Shown here in pieces: positions 35,627-45,472 of a stretch of 64,000 nucleotides of DNA. Made by a program: the position numbers and the translations under genes. Under the pieces are notes generated by a model, which saw nothing but the letters and a program-made list of their open reading frames with translations, did no database searches and was not told the DNA's origin. This DNA comes from Myxococcales bacterium. Its GTDB lineage: Bacteria; Myxococcota_A; Polyangia; Polyangiales; Polyangiaceae. Each line of letters begins with the position of its first letter. The stretch's first letter is position 1. The stretch is taken from contig JADJCA010000011.1 in assembly GCA_016703425.1 (NCBI GenBank), forward strand, positions 314,050-378,049, in the 5' to 3' direction.

Positions 35627-36390
35627 GCGTCTCCCGTGAGGCGGCCATTCTGGAGGGACTCGACGCGCACGCGCGCGCGCGGCACCGTTCGAGTGAGACC
35701 GTCCACGAGGCGCGGATCGTGCGTGGCGACCACGATGGCGCGCCCTTCCTCGGTCAATGTCGCGAGATCCTCCGCCAATCGCCTCGACGCGCCTTCGTCG
35801 AGGTGCGCCGTAGGCTCATCGAGCAGGACGATGGCAGGGTCGCGCACCAGCGCTCGGCACATGGCCACGCGCGCGGCTTCGCCACCGGAGCGCACGGCGG
35901 CTTTCGCGCCGACGAGCGGCGTGAGCTCAAACCGGGCGAGGAGCGCCTCCGCACGTTCGCGATCGGCGCGGGACTCGCCATCGGGCACACACGACAACAG
36001 AACGTTGGCGCGCACCGACAAGCCGCGGAGCAACTGCGCGTCTTGGAAGACGAACCCCACGTTGCGGCGACGTACCTCCGACTTGTGGGCGTCTCGCAGA
36101 CGGGACGTGGCGACGCCATCGATACGAACCTCTCCGCTGGTGGGCGCGAGCATGGCACCCAGCATCGCGAGCAGCGTGGTCTTGCCGCTGCCGCTCTGGC
36201 CTTGAAGCACCAGCAACTCGCCTCGATCGACGCGCAGCGACACGCCGTCGACAACCGTGCGACGCCCTCGACCATCGGGCACTCGTTTCACGAGGGCTTC
36301 GGCTTCGAGGGTCGCGCGCGCAGGCACGAGCGGCGTTGGCGGCGCGCTGGCCATCGTGCCGGGCGTGTTGGCGAGCATGGTGGCGAGCAT
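35623..36390 (-). CDS. ABC transporter ATP-binding protein (FtsE/LolD-like).
   Basis: Walker A GQSGSGKTT. Degenerate signature RSGGEAARV. Walker B IVLLDEPTAHLD. H-loop VATHD. Confidence 0.85.
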   Translation of the reverse strand: MLATMLANTPGTMASAPPTPLVPARATLEAEALVKRVPDGRGRRTVVDGVSLRVDRGELLVLQGQSGSGKTTLLAMLGAMLAPTSGEVRIDGVATSRLRDAHKSEVRRRNVGFVFQDAQLLRGLSVRANVLLSCVPDGESRADRERAEALLARFELTPLVGAKAAVRSGGEAARVAMCRALVRDPAIVLLDEPTAHLDEGASRRLAEDLATLTEEGRAIVVATHDPRLVDGLTRTVPRARVRVESLQNGRLTGDA

Positions 36391-36575
36391 GATGGCGAGA
36401 GATTGATAGGGCAGCGGGCGGGGGGATGCCTTCGTGTTCGGGCCGTGGTGGCTATTTTTTCAAAGTGTGCCACCATGTGCCTTCGTGACACGGGCGCCCT
36501 GGCTGGGGTGTTTGGCGTGCATCTACGTCGTTGAAATAACTAGTGGCACTGGTTGTGCTGAGGGTTCTTGGGGCG

Positions 36576-36923
36576 ATGCGCACGAACGATCGACGAATCC
36601 GCTGGATGCTGGTGGCGAGCCTCACGGCCCTCGCCGCCGCGTGCACGCTGAATCCGCAGCCGATTCCCCCTGGCTTGACGGAAAAGTCGAGCGACGGGCC
36701 CGACGCCGGCGCGCCTTTCGCCGGCGCCGCAAGTGACGCCAGCACGACCACGAACCCCTCGGATCCGAATCGCGAAGGCGGCGTCGCCGAGGCGGATGCG
36801 AGCCCGCCGTCACCTCTTCTCGATGCGGGCGTTCAGCCCAGCGACGCGGGCGCCGACGCGACGCTCGACGCCGGGGCTGACGCCACCGGCGTCGCCAGCA
36901 GTGACGGAGGAGACGCAGGATGA
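36576..36923 (+). CDS. Acidic low-complexity lipoprotein (paralog 1), conserved C-T-LNPQPIPPG N-terminus.
   Basis: MRTNDRRIRWMLVASLTALAAACTLNPQPIPPG..., then an Asp/Ala/Gly/Ser-rich tail. Stop overlaps the start of paralog 2 (ATGA). Confidence 0.5.
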   Translation: MRTNDRRIRWMLVASLTALAAACTLNPQPIPPGLTEKSSDGPDAGAPFAGAASDASTTTNPSDPNREGGVAEADASPPSPLLDAGVQPSDAGADATLDAGADATGVASSDGGDAG

Positions 36924-37240
36924 AGCGGCGGCTCCTCTTAGCTTTGCTCGTTGTCGCTTCGGCGGCCGTCGCCTGTTCGTTGAATCCGCAGCCCATCCCT
37001 CCGGGCGTCGACGAGCCGGCCAACGCCGGCCGAAGCGACGCCAAAACCGGGAGCGACGCCGCGTCACCTCCGCAGGTCTCGACGGGCGGAGGCGACGCCG
37101 GTTCCGGGTCTCAAGGCTCGGACGCCGCTACGCCGGACGGCGCGAGCAACGGCGTCACGGATGAGGGGGGTGTGACCGACGCCGCCGCCGACGGCACCAT
37201 CGCACCGGGCGACGCCGCGTCGGACGCCCCCGCCGACTGA
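36920..37240 (+). CDS. Acidic low-complexity lipoprotein (paralog 2).
   Basis: MKRRLLLALLVVASAAVACSLNPQPIPPG..., then an Asp/Gly/Ser/Ala-rich tail. Confidence 0.55.
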   Translation: MKRRLLLALLVVASAAVACSLNPQPIPPGVDEPANAGRSDAKTGSDAASPPQVSTGGGDAGSGSQGSDAATPDGASNGVTDEGGVTDAAADGTIAPGDAASDAPAD

Positions 37241-37283
37241 CGCGTCCGTTGGTCCGCGCCTCGAAACGCCGCTAACGCGTTCT

Positions 37284-37826
37284 TCAGGGCTTGGCAGCGC
37301 GTGAGACGACGTACTCGTCCATCACCGACGCCGCGATGTCCGCGAGGATGCCGTCAGTCACGCGCAATCGGCGCGAGAGGTTCCGCGCGATGTTCAGCGT
37401 GATGAGCGCATAGGCCTTGAGATCGTGTCGGTAGAGCGCGTCGAGATCTTCCGTCGTGATGCGCAAGAGCCTCGTGGGTCCGAGGGCACGAACGGTGGCG
37501 GAGCGCGTCTGGACGTCGATGAGCGACATCTCTCCAAAGCAGTCGCCGGGACCGAGGATCGCGATGCGCGTCGCGCGACCGCGGCGACTGCTCTTCAGCA
37601 CCTCCAGCTCGCCATCGAGCACGACATACATCTCACGGGCCGCGTCGCCCTCGCGGAAGATGGCGTCGCCGGCGCCGACGCGCTGCGCCTTGAGCGACCG
37701 GGCGAGGTATTCGAGGACGTCCTCGAAGAGCGCACCAAAGAGCCCGATGTCCCTGAGCTGCGCCGCCGCGACCGGGGGATCGACGGGAATGCCTCGCTGC
37801 GAACTGCGTTCCGTCGTGTGCGCCAT
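37284..37826 (-). CDS. Cyclic nucleotide-binding domain protein.
   Basis: cNMP-binding cassette ...IFREGDAAREMYVVLDGELEV...LGPGDCFGEMSLID...RSATVRA. Confidence 0.8.
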   Translation of the reverse strand: MAHTTERSSQRGIPVDPPVAAAQLRDIGLFGALFEDVLEYLARSLKAQRVGAGDAIFREGDAAREMYVVLDGELEVLKSSRRGRATRIAILGPGDCFGEMSLIDVQTRSATVRALGPTRLLRITTEDLDALYRHDLKAYALITLNIARNLSRRLRVTDGILADIAASVMDEYVVSRAAKP

Positions 37827-37913
37827 TCCTTGGGATTACGCCGCCTCGAGGGCAATGACAAGGAAGCGCTTCCGTCCACCACACGCGGGGGGCGCCGCGG
37901 CGGAGCCTCGCCC

Positions 37914-38369
37914 TCACCCCCGCGGCGAGCCGAGCGTTCGACTGAAGACCATCCGCGCGCGGCCCGGCCCCGCGTAGTCGGAGACCTCGACGGAGTCCCA
38001 ACCGAGCGCCAGGTGAAACTGAATCGACCCTTCGTACCCGCGCGTCGTGATGGCCTTCATGCGCTCGCAGCCAGCGGCTCGACACTCGTCGGTAAACGTC
38101 TCGTAAAGGAGCCGGCCCACCCCTCGACGACGGTAGTCGGGGTTGATGCCGACGAGGTGCACGTACCCCGTCGAGACGGGCTCAGCGGCTACGAAGCCCA
38201 GCAGAAATCCGATCATGCCCTCGTCGGGATCTTCCGCGATGAGCGCGCGGGCTCCGAGCTCGTAGAAGAAAATCGGATGGGCGAAGGTGCTGATGGGGCC
38301 ACCCCACCAGTGATCGATGACCTCAACGATGCGATCGAAATCGCCCTTGGTGATGCGACGGGTTCGCAT
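37914..38369 (-). CDS. GNAT-family N-acetyltransferase.
   Basis: Acetyl-CoA binding motif A region ...GINPDYRRRGVGRLLY.... Internal ATG (MRTRRITKGDF) of track ORF 37914..38402. Confidence 0.8.
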   Translation of the reverse strand: MRTRRITKGDFDRIVEVIDHWWGGPISTFAHPIFFYELGARALIAEDPDEGMIGFLLGFVAAEPVSTGYVHLVGINPDYRRRGVGRLLYETFTDECRAAGCERMKAITTRGYEGSIQFHLALGWDSVEVSDYAGPGRARMVFSRTLGSPRG

Positions 38370-38506
38370 GAGGGTGCAGCGTCCGACGGAACCGCCCCTC
38401 AAGCAAGCCCAACGGCGAAGGCGCCGGCTCCGCCTCGCGCAGAGCGATGGGGGCCTCAGCGGCGGAGACGGCGAACTTCCCTTCGTTTCACCTTACGCAA
38501 GGCACT

Positions 38507-39196
38507 ATGCTGGCCGCCGTGCTCATCGCTCCGTCCATCTTGTCTGCCGACTGGACACGCCTCGGCGAGGAGGTGGCCCGCGTCGAGGCCGCCGGCGCCG
38601 ACTGGCTTCACCTCGACGTGATGGACGGTCGTTTCGTGCCGAACATCACCATCGGACCCCCGGTGGTGAAGGCGCTGCGTCGCATCACGAAGCTCCCGCT
38701 CGACGTGCACCTCATGATCGTCGAGCCGGAACGTTACGTGGAGGCCTTCGCCGAGGCGGGCGCGGACACCATCACAGTGCACGTCGAGGCGAGCACGCAC
38801 CTGCACCGAACGTTGCAGTCGATCCGCGCCCTCAAGAAGCGCGCCGGTGTCACGCTGAACCCGGCCACGAGCCACGAGACGCTCCGTTACGCGCTCGACC
38901 AGGCCGATCTGGTCCTCGTCATGAGCGTCAACCCTGGCTTCGGAGGGCAGTCGTTCCTGGAGCTCGTCTTGCCGAAGGTCCGCGCGATTCGCGAGATGAT
39001 CGACCAAACGGGGCGGCCCATTGACCTCGAGATCGACGGCGGCATCGACGCGCGCACGGCGGCGTTGGCGGCAGAGGCCGGCGCCAGGGTCTTTGTAGCT
39101 GGAAACGCGGTCTTCTCGCGGCCCGACACGGCGGAGGCCATTCGCGGCATTCGCGATTCGGCGCTGCGCGGCGCCGCAAATGCGGGCCCCGCGTGA
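38507..39196 (+). CDS. rpe: Ribulose-phosphate 3-epimerase.
   Basis: IAPSILSAD...LHLDVMDGRFVPNIT...DVHLMI...VHVEA...VNPGFGGQSF...IDGGI are all Rpe signatures. Internal ATG of the track ORF. Confidence 0.9.
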   Translation: MLAAVLIAPSILSADWTRLGEEVARVEAAGADWLHLDVMDGRFVPNITIGPPVVKALRRITKLPLDVHLMIVEPERYVEAFAEAGADTITVHVEASTHLHRTLQSIRALKKRAGVTLNPATSHETLRYALDQADLVLVMSVNPGFGGQSFLELVLPKVRAIREMIDQTGRPIDLEIDGGIDARTAALAAEAGARVFVAGNAVFSRPDTAEAIRGIRDSALRGAANAGPA

Positions 39197-40599
39197 ACAG
39201 GCACTCGCTCGCGGCGGTCACGGCGGTCGTCCTCGGTTGCTCGGGCGCCTCGCCCGCGCCGGCGCAAGAGCCAACGACAACGACGCCGCCACCCCTGGTG
39301 GCATCAACGCCGCTTGACGCCGGCGCGCCGGTGGCCCGCGTCGCCGCCGGCGGCGACGACACGCGCCGCATCGCGCGCATGCTAAAGAAGGTTTCCGAGG
39401 CGCGCGGTCTCGTCGCCAAGAGCGAGGTGCCGGGAAGAACCCTCGACCGAGTCGCGCTGCTCGACCGCGTGAAGGCCCACGTCGCCCGCGAGGTGCCCAA
39501 GGCGGCGATTCGCAACGAGGGCCTCTCCATGAAGCTCCTCGGCTTGCTGCCCACCAACTTCGACTACGAAGCCGAGACCTACGCGCTGCTCGAGGCGCAG
39601 CTCGCGGGCTACTACGAGCCCGCCGACCGCACGATGTACATGGCCGCAGACCTCGACGACGACAACGCAAAGGCGACGCTCGCGCACGAGCTCGTGCACG
39701 CGCTCCAAGACCAACACTGGGATCTGGGCGTGCGCTCAAAGTACAAGCCCGGCAAGAGCGACCTCTCGGCCACCACCTCGGCGCTAGCCGAGGGCGACGC
39801 CACGAGCGCCATGTTCGACGTGCTCATCGCGGGCTCGGGGCGCACGGCCATCGATCTGCCCGCCGAGGTCTTCACGCAACAGATCATGGCCAACGTCAGC
39901 TCGGGGCCCAGCGCGCGGGCTCCGCACGCGATGCGCGTCGCGCTGGTGGCGCCCTACGTCTTCGGCACGCTCTTCGTCCACGCGCTACGCACGAAAGGCG
40001 GCTGGCCGCTCGTGAACCGCGCCTGGGCCGAGGGCGTTCAGTCCACGGAGCAAATCCTCCACCCGGAGAAGTGGCTCGCCAAGGAGGCGCCGCTCGTCGT
40101 CCCGGCCCCCGACGCGCAGAGCTTCGGCGCCGGCTTCTGCGAGCTCGACACCGACACCTTCGGCGAGCTGGGCCTGCGGCTCACCTTCGGCGAATGGATC
40201 GACGAGTCGCGCGCCGAGAGCATCGCGCGCGGGTGGGGGGGTGATCGCGCCACGCTCGCCACGAGGGGCGACGAGGTGGCCTTGGCACTCCGAATTGTCT
40301 ACGACGAGAAAGCCGGGTCGAAGCGGCGCACCGGCGCCGAGGCGGCGTTCGCGGCGCTCGTCGAGGGCTTCGAAGCCAAACAGGTCGGCGCTGCCAAGGC
40401 GGGGGCGAAGAGCGCGAAGAGCCAGACCTTCGCGTGCTTCGAGCGGCCCGAGACGGGTCCACTCTCGTTCCTCGTGAAAGAGCGCGAGCTGATCCTCATC
40501 GCAGGGCCGACGCGAACGGGCGCAAGCTCGTGGACCGCGACCGGTCAATGCAAGAACGCCCGCGTCGTCGCGGACACGATCCTTGGCCAGAAGCGGTGA
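39193..40599 (+). CDS. Putative zinc metalloprotease lipoprotein (HExxH).
   Basis: Lipobox AVVLGCSG. HELVHALQD zincin motif. Otherwise unassigned. Confidence 0.55.
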   Translation: MNRHSLAAVTAVVLGCSGASPAPAQEPTTTTPPPLVASTPLDAGAPVARVAAGGDDTRRIARMLKKVSEARGLVAKSEVPGRTLDRVALLDRVKAHVAREVPKAAIRNEGLSMKLLGLLPTNFDYEAETYALLEAQLAGYYEPADRTMYMAADLDDDNAKATLAHELVHALQDQHWDLGVRSKYKPGKSDLSATTSALAEGDATSAMFDVLIAGSGRTAIDLPAEVFTQQIMANVSSGPSARAPHAMRVALVAPYVFGTLFVHALRTKGGWPLVNRAWAEGVQSTEQILHPEKWLAKEAPLVVPAPDAQSFGAGFCELDTDTFGELGLRLTFGEWIDESRAESIARGWGGDRATLATRGDEVALALRIVYDEKAGSKRRTGAEAAFAALVEGFEAKQVGAAKAGAKSAKSQTFACFERPETGPLSFLVKERELILIAGPTRTGASSWTATGQCKNARVVADTILGQKR

Positions 40600-40701
40600 C
40601 GGGCTTTCACGGCCAGGCGCGGCGCCGCGCGCATCCCCGCGGATTATCCGAGCGCCGCGCGCCGGAGCGCGTCGTTCCGCATCGAGCGAGGTGACCTCGC
40701 A

Positions 40702-41265
40702 TCAACGTTCCCCCGTCGACGGGGGACGGCCGAAGGCGCACCCAATCCGGCGAGGTGTGCAGTCGCGCTCAAGCACGAGGCGCGAGTTCCGGATGCCGGC
40801 CGGCGCAAAAATGCTCAGCGAAGGGTCTCGCTCGCTGACGAACATGTTGTCCCGGAAGACGAACCGACAGTCCGGATCTCCGCGTTCGCACGCTCCGAGG
40901 ATGAGGCTCGCGCCGGGGCGTGCTGGGCCCTCGATGCGAATCGACAGAGTGGAATCGCTGCTCACGAGCCGTCCCCCGAGGTAGGTCCATCCAAACGCGG
41001 GCGACGGGGACGGGTACAGCTCCATGGCGTAGAGCTTCGCCCCCGCGGCGGCGAGGGGACGACGCTCCGCATCGAGCGGCACCATGGCAACGTCGCTCAG
41101 GCGAAAACCGCCCGTGTCGAGAGACTGCGCCAACACCAAGGCCGTGGGCGGCGCACCGACAAGCTCATCGTTCGCGGTTCCTGATTCTGAATCCTCGAAC
41201 GAGGGGTCGGCAGGCGCGCAGGCGGCTAGACCGACAAGCAGGGCGAAACCGGATGCTCGAATCAT
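40702..41265 (-). CDS. Hypothetical lipoprotein.
   Basis: MIRASGFALLVGLAACAPAD lipobox. Non-repetitive remainder with two Cys pairs. Confidence 0.45.
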   Translation of the reverse strand: MIRASGFALLVGLAACAPADPSFEDSESGTANDELVGAPPTALVLAQSLDTGGFRLSDVAMVPLDAERRPLAAAGAKLYAMELYPSPSPAFGWTYLGGRLVSSDSTLSIRIEGPARPGASLILGACERGDPDCRFVFRDNMFVSERDPSLSIFAPAGIRNSRLVLERDCTPRRIGCAFGRPPSTGER

Positions 41266-41434
41266 GGGCTGGCTCACGCAATCCATGTGCCGGCACGACG
41301 CTCGCGCCTTCGGCTCCGCCGCCGACGCATTCGCGTGAGTCTCCGCTTCGTACCCGAGCGCGACCCCCGCCGTACCGACGCCATCGCCCGCTACAGCCCC
41401 CAGCGCGTGGGGAGGTTACGCTTCGCGCTCGGCG

Positions 41435-42109
41435 TCACTCGACGGCGCAGCCGTCCACCACGCGCCGTCCCTCGAAGTCGAGGAAGAAGCCCGTGTCGCG
41501 GAAGAGCGGGAAGTCGAAAGTGAGCTGCGCGCTCCAACGGGGCGCGGCGTCACCGAGGTAGACCGTCAGCGACAGGAGGGCCTGCGCCGCCTCCGGCTCG
41601 TCGACGAGCGGAGGAAAACGTTCGGCGAGGGCCGGCGCGAGCGTGCCACCCCAAGAGCCGCGGAGGAACTCGCGCACCTTCGCGAGCCGAGCGATGCACG
41701 CCTCCGTGGGCGGCGCGTCGAGCTCGACGCGAACGGGGAACGGATCGCGGATGCCGACGTTCACGTGCATCGTGCCGGCCCAACGGCCTTCCGCCTCGAG
41801 GACGTTCTGGAAACCGTGAGCCACGGCCGAAGGCGGCGGCGGAACCGACGAGAGAAACTTCTCGACGGCTTCCGCAAGCTCTTGGTCTTCCGCCAAGAGC
41901 TCCGAGACGCCGTCTTGATCGAGGAGCCACTCGGCAAGATCGGTCCCGCGTCGAAGCGGACGCGGCTGGTGCTCGAGGAAGTCGGCGAGGCCCGGCGCGA
42001 GGCCCCGAACGCTCGACGGCGAGTCGAGCTCCACGAGGCCGCGTTCAGCGAGATCCGCAAGGAGGCGTTCGGCGTCGGCGGGCTCGAGGTCGAAAGCGGC
42101 GTGGGGCAT
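41435..42109 (-). CDS. Hypothetical protein.
   Basis: 224-aa ORF with balanced, acidic composition. Far more protein-like than the Arg-rich ORFs overlapping it. Confidence 0.4.
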   Translation of the reverse strand: MPHAAFDLEPADAERLLADLAERGLVELDSPSSVRGLAPGLADFLEHQPRPLRRGTDLAEWLLDQDGVSELLAEDQELAEAVEKFLSSVPPPPSAVAHGFQNVLEAEGRWAGTMHVNVGIRDPFPVRVELDAPPTEACIARLAKVREFLRGSWGGTLAPALAERFPPLVDEPEAAQALLSLTVYLGDAAPRWSAQLTFDFPLFRDTGFFLDFEGRRVVDGCAVE

Positions 42110-42225
42110 CGCCGGGAACTCTCATCGCGGAGCACACTTAGTCAAGGCAAAGCGCACGGCCGTAAGCGAAAAAAGATCGGCGCCTGCGGAAAGACGCGCG
42201 CGGCAAAGACCGGACCGCGACGCGA

Positions 42226-43488
42226 TCAGCGTTCGAGCGCGAGCGTTGAGGGCCGCGGCGCGCAACAGAGTTCGCGAACGAGATGGAGGCCGGCGTAGGC
42301 CGCGAGCTTTTGGACCTGCGTGCGGTCGCCGGGGAACCTTCGCTCCTTCACCACGAGGCCACCGGGCCACGCGACAGCGAGGAAGACGGTGCCGACGGGC
42401 TTCTCGTCGCTGCCACCGGAGGGGCCGGCGATGCCCGTCACGGCCAACGCGACGTCGGCGCCAGACACGTGCTTCACGCCCTCGGCCATCGCCGCGGCGA
42501 CCTCGCTGCTGACGGCGCCGTGGCCACGGATGACCTCCTCGCCGACGCCGAGCATGCGCGTCTTCGCGGTGTTCGCGTAGGTCACTGCGTCGACCACCAA
42601 GACCTCGCTCGCGCCGGGCTCTTTGGTGAGCAGGTGCCCAATCAGGCCGCCAGTGCACGACTCGGCGATGGCGAGCTTGTAGCTGCGGCTCCGCAGCTCT
42701 CGCCCGAGGACGCCGGCGAAGGTGTCGTCACCCTCGCCGTAAATGACGTCGGCGATGCGCATGCGCACTTCTTGGGTGGCGCGCTCTGCGAGGTCTCGCG
42801 CTTCGGACGCCGGCGAGGTGCGCGCCAAGACCTTGACCTCGATCTCAGGAAAGTGAGCTCGATAGCCGATCGTGACGCCGGGGAAGAGCTCTTCGACGCC
42901 GCGGAGACGCTCGCCCACGACGCTCTCCGGCAGGCCGAACGTGCGTAGCCGGACTTGGTAGCTCTCCTGCGGCGCCAGCGCGCGGATGCGCGGCACGACT
43001 TGCTCGTCGAACATGCGGCGCATCTCCGCCGGGACGCCCGGCATGAAGAACGCGAGCGCCTCGCCGATGCGCACCGAAAAGCCCGGCGCCGTTCCGATGG
43101 GGTTCGGCAAGATCTCGGCCCCCGCGGGGAAGTCCGCTTGCTTCATGTTCGAGTCGGACATGGTGCGGCCGAGCCGCTCGAAGCGACGACGGATGGCTTC
43201 GAGCGACGGTTCGTCGCGAACCAGCGCCGCACCAAGCATCGTCGCCACAGCGTCGGTCGTCAGGTCGTCGGTCGTGGGCCCGAGGCCGCCGGTGCAGACG
43301 AGAACGCGGCAGCCGCGAGCGAGCCGATCGAGCACGCCGAGGATCCTCGGCTTGTCGTCGGCCACGGAGATGTTCTCGACGACCTCGAACCCGAGATCCG
43401 TCAGCGCCGCCGAAAGCCACGCGGCGTTGCTGTTGAGGAGCTCGCCACGGACGAGTTCGGTCCCGATGCTCAAGACGGCGGCTGTCAT
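42226..43488 (-). CDS. cinA: CinA-family competence/damage-inducible protein (NMN amidohydrolase).
   Basis: N-terminal MoCF-biosynthesis-like domain (AAVLSIGTELVRGELLNSNAAWL...VLVCTGGLGPTTDDLT) and a C-terminal CinA domain. Confidence 0.85.
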   Translation of the reverse strand: MTAAVLSIGTELVRGELLNSNAAWLSAALTDLGFEVVENISVADDKPRILGVLDRLARGCRVLVCTGGLGPTTDDLTTDAVATMLGAALVRDEPSLEAIRRRFERLGRTMSDSNMKQADFPAGAEILPNPIGTAPGFSVRIGEALAFFMPGVPAEMRRMFDEQVVPRIRALAPQESYQVRLRTFGLPESVVGERLRGVEELFPGVTIGYRAHFPEIEVKVLARTSPASEARDLAERATQEVRMRIADVIYGEGDDTFAGVLGRELRSRSYKLAIAESCTGGLIGHLLTKEPGASEVLVVDAVTYANTAKTRMLGVGEEVIRGHGAVSSEVAAAMAEGVKHVSGADVALAVTGIAGPSGGSDEKPVGTVFLAVAWPGGLVVKERRFPGDRTQVQKLAAYAGLHLVRELCCAPRPSTLALER

Positions 43489-43670
43489 GGGATCCCCGAG
43501 GGTAGCCGCAGACCCGGGAGGTCGTCAGCGGACTTTGCGGGTGCCGCTGTAGGTAGCGTGGCTGGGCCGAAAGGGCACAGGCCACGTCGTGTACGGACCT
43601 TCACGCCACGGAAAACTCAGCCAAAACTGCGAGGCGAGTCCCTGGCGCGGCGGTTGCTGCGTGGGCTGCC

Positions 43671-44624
43671 GTGAAGCGCGCAGCTCCCAGAATTGTGCGG
43701 ACGTTGGTCGCCGTCGCGTTCGCCGCCGGCACCATCGTGCAAGCGCATGCCGCTCATGCGGACGGCTCGCTGCGGCGCTTTCAGGAGCCGCACCGGCCCC
43801 CTCCGACGTCATCGTCGAGCTCCTCGTCGTCGGACTCGTCAGAGGACAGCGACGGCTCGACCCACAAGAAGAAGAGCACCGGCGCATCGATCGTCGGTGG
43901 CATTCTCTCGGCCCTCTTCTCCGGCGGGTCGGGGTCCCATCAGACCGCGACCGACGACGAGCCGCCGGTGGTCGACGATCGCGCTGAGATTGAGGCCCTC
44001 GTGCTCCGCCGACGCCTCGCCACGACGATCTACTCCGACGACGGTGGCAGCGCCTACGTGAGTCCATACCGCCGAGACGAGGGCGCGGACGGCAGCGTGA
44101 CGGCGCGCCGCGTCGCGTTCCAACGCAACGGCGAGCTGCGCGGCGGTGGCTTCTTCGCGGTGAACGAGGAGGTCGCCTCGCACGACGCCAACTTGAACGG
44201 TTTCGTGGGGCTCTTCATGCTCGGCGCCGGTTGGGAGCGCTTCTACGAGCCCAATCGGGCTGCAAAGACCTTCGACACCCTCGACGTGTTTCGTGCGCGC
44301 CTCGGGCCCAACGTGCTCGGCGCAACGGTGTCGGCGCTCGAGCTCTACGCACTCGCTGGTGGCTCACTCATGCACGGGTTCGGCGAGACCATCCCGAAGT
44401 TCGACCTGGCGCTCGAAGCGCGCGCTTATCCCGTGAGGCCGCTCGCGTTCTACGCCGGCGCGACGACGAGCCTCGGCGCCCACGGCCCACCCATCCTCGA
44501 CGGGCGCCTCGAAGGAGGCGTATCGCTCGGTCGAGTCGATCTGCGGGCGGGCTTCCGAGCGCTCAAGCAGCAGCCGGAGCAGAGCTTTCTCGGGCCTGTG
44601 GTCAGCCTGCAGGTAAGGCTGTAG
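43671..44624 (+). CDS. Secreted hypothetical protein.
   Basis: Signal peptide MKRAAPRIVRTLVAVAFAAGTIVQAHA. Ser-rich linker. Non-repetitive C-terminal domain. Confidence 0.5.
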   Translation: MKRAAPRIVRTLVAVAFAAGTIVQAHAAHADGSLRRFQEPHRPPPTSSSSSSSSDSSEDSDGSTHKKKSTGASIVGGILSALFSGGSGSHQTATDDEPPVVDDRAEIEALVLRRRLATTIYSDDGGSAYVSPYRRDEGADGSVTARRVAFQRNGELRGGGFFAVNEEVASHDANLNGFVGLFMLGAGWERFYEPNRAAKTFDTLDVFRARLGPNVLGATVSALELYALAGGSLMHGFGETIPKFDLALEARAYPVRPLAFYAGATTSLGAHGPPILDGRLEGGVSLGRVDLRAGFRALKQQPEQSFLGPVVSLQVRL

Positions 44625-44634
44625 ACCGCACGCA

Positions 44635-45459
44635 TCAAGGTTCGTAGACGCACCGAAGGCCGACGTCGTCGAGTCTTTCGGTCTTCGCGAGCTCGCGTCG
44701 CGACCAGGTGCGAAGCTCGGCGGCTAGCTCGGTGCGCCACGAACCACCTCGCACCGCCGCAACGGCGCTCGCCGCATCACCACGGGTCCACTCGGCGACG
44801 TTGCCAGCGAGATCGTAAATGCCCGAGGCGGTGGCCCCCGAAGCGTGGGCCCCTACGGTGTCGGCGCCCCCTGCCCCGCGAGCGCAGGGGCCCGTCGCGA
44901 GGCCCCAAGCGGCGCGACGGCAAACGGCGCCCGTGTCGCCCCACGGATAGCGCGAGCCGCGAAGGCCCGCCGCCGCAGCGATCCATTGGTCGTCGGTCGG
45001 GAGCGCGCCGCCGCGCGCGACGCAAAAGGCTGACGCCTCTTCGTGACCGACCCCCGCCATCGCGCGCAGCCCGTCCTCGGCGGGCTCGCCGTCGGTCTTC
45101 GTCGCGGCCTTTTGAGCGCGCTGCCACTCGGCGCGCGTGATCTCGAAGGCGTCGATGGCGAACGTCTTCACCCGAAGCTCGCGGGGCGTCACCTGCCCTT
45201 GCGCCTCCCAGTCGGACGGCCCGAGCGTGAGCGTCGTGTCGGGGACGACGACGCGCGAAGGCGGAGCGGAGCAGGCGCCCGAAGCGACGACGAGGGGCGC
45301 TGGACACCCTTCGGGGCGGCAGAGCCCTGCGCGGGACGTGAAGCCATCGCCGCAACGCGCCTCGTCGCGCTCGCGCCGCGCGTAGCCAATCGCGAGGGCG
45401 ACGGCGAGAGCCGCCGCGACGACGATCGCCAGCGTCGCGCGCGAAGGCCGGACCGTCAT
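44635..45459 (-). CDS. Formylglycine-generating-enzyme (FGE-sulfatase/SUMF1) domain protein.
   Basis: C-terminal ...GNVAEWT...RGGSW...VGLRCVYEP matches the FGE-sulfatase domain. Internal ATG (MTVRPSRATL...) of track ORF 44635..45537. TM/signal segment. Confidence 0.75.
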   Translation of the reverse strand: MTVRPSRATLAIVVAAALAVALAIGYARRERDEARCGDGFTSRAGLCRPEGCPAPLVVASGACSAPPSRVVVPDTTLTLGPSDWEAQGQVTPRELRVKTFAIDAFEITRAEWQRAQKAATKTDGEPAEDGLRAMAGVGHEEASAFCVARGGALPTDDQWIAAAAGLRGSRYPWGDTGAVCRRAAWGLATGPCARGAGGADTVGAHASGATASGIYDLAGNVAEWTRGDAASAVAAVRGGSWRTELAAELRTWSRRELAKTERLDDVGLRCVYEP

Positions 45460-45472
45460 GGGCGAAGGCCCC

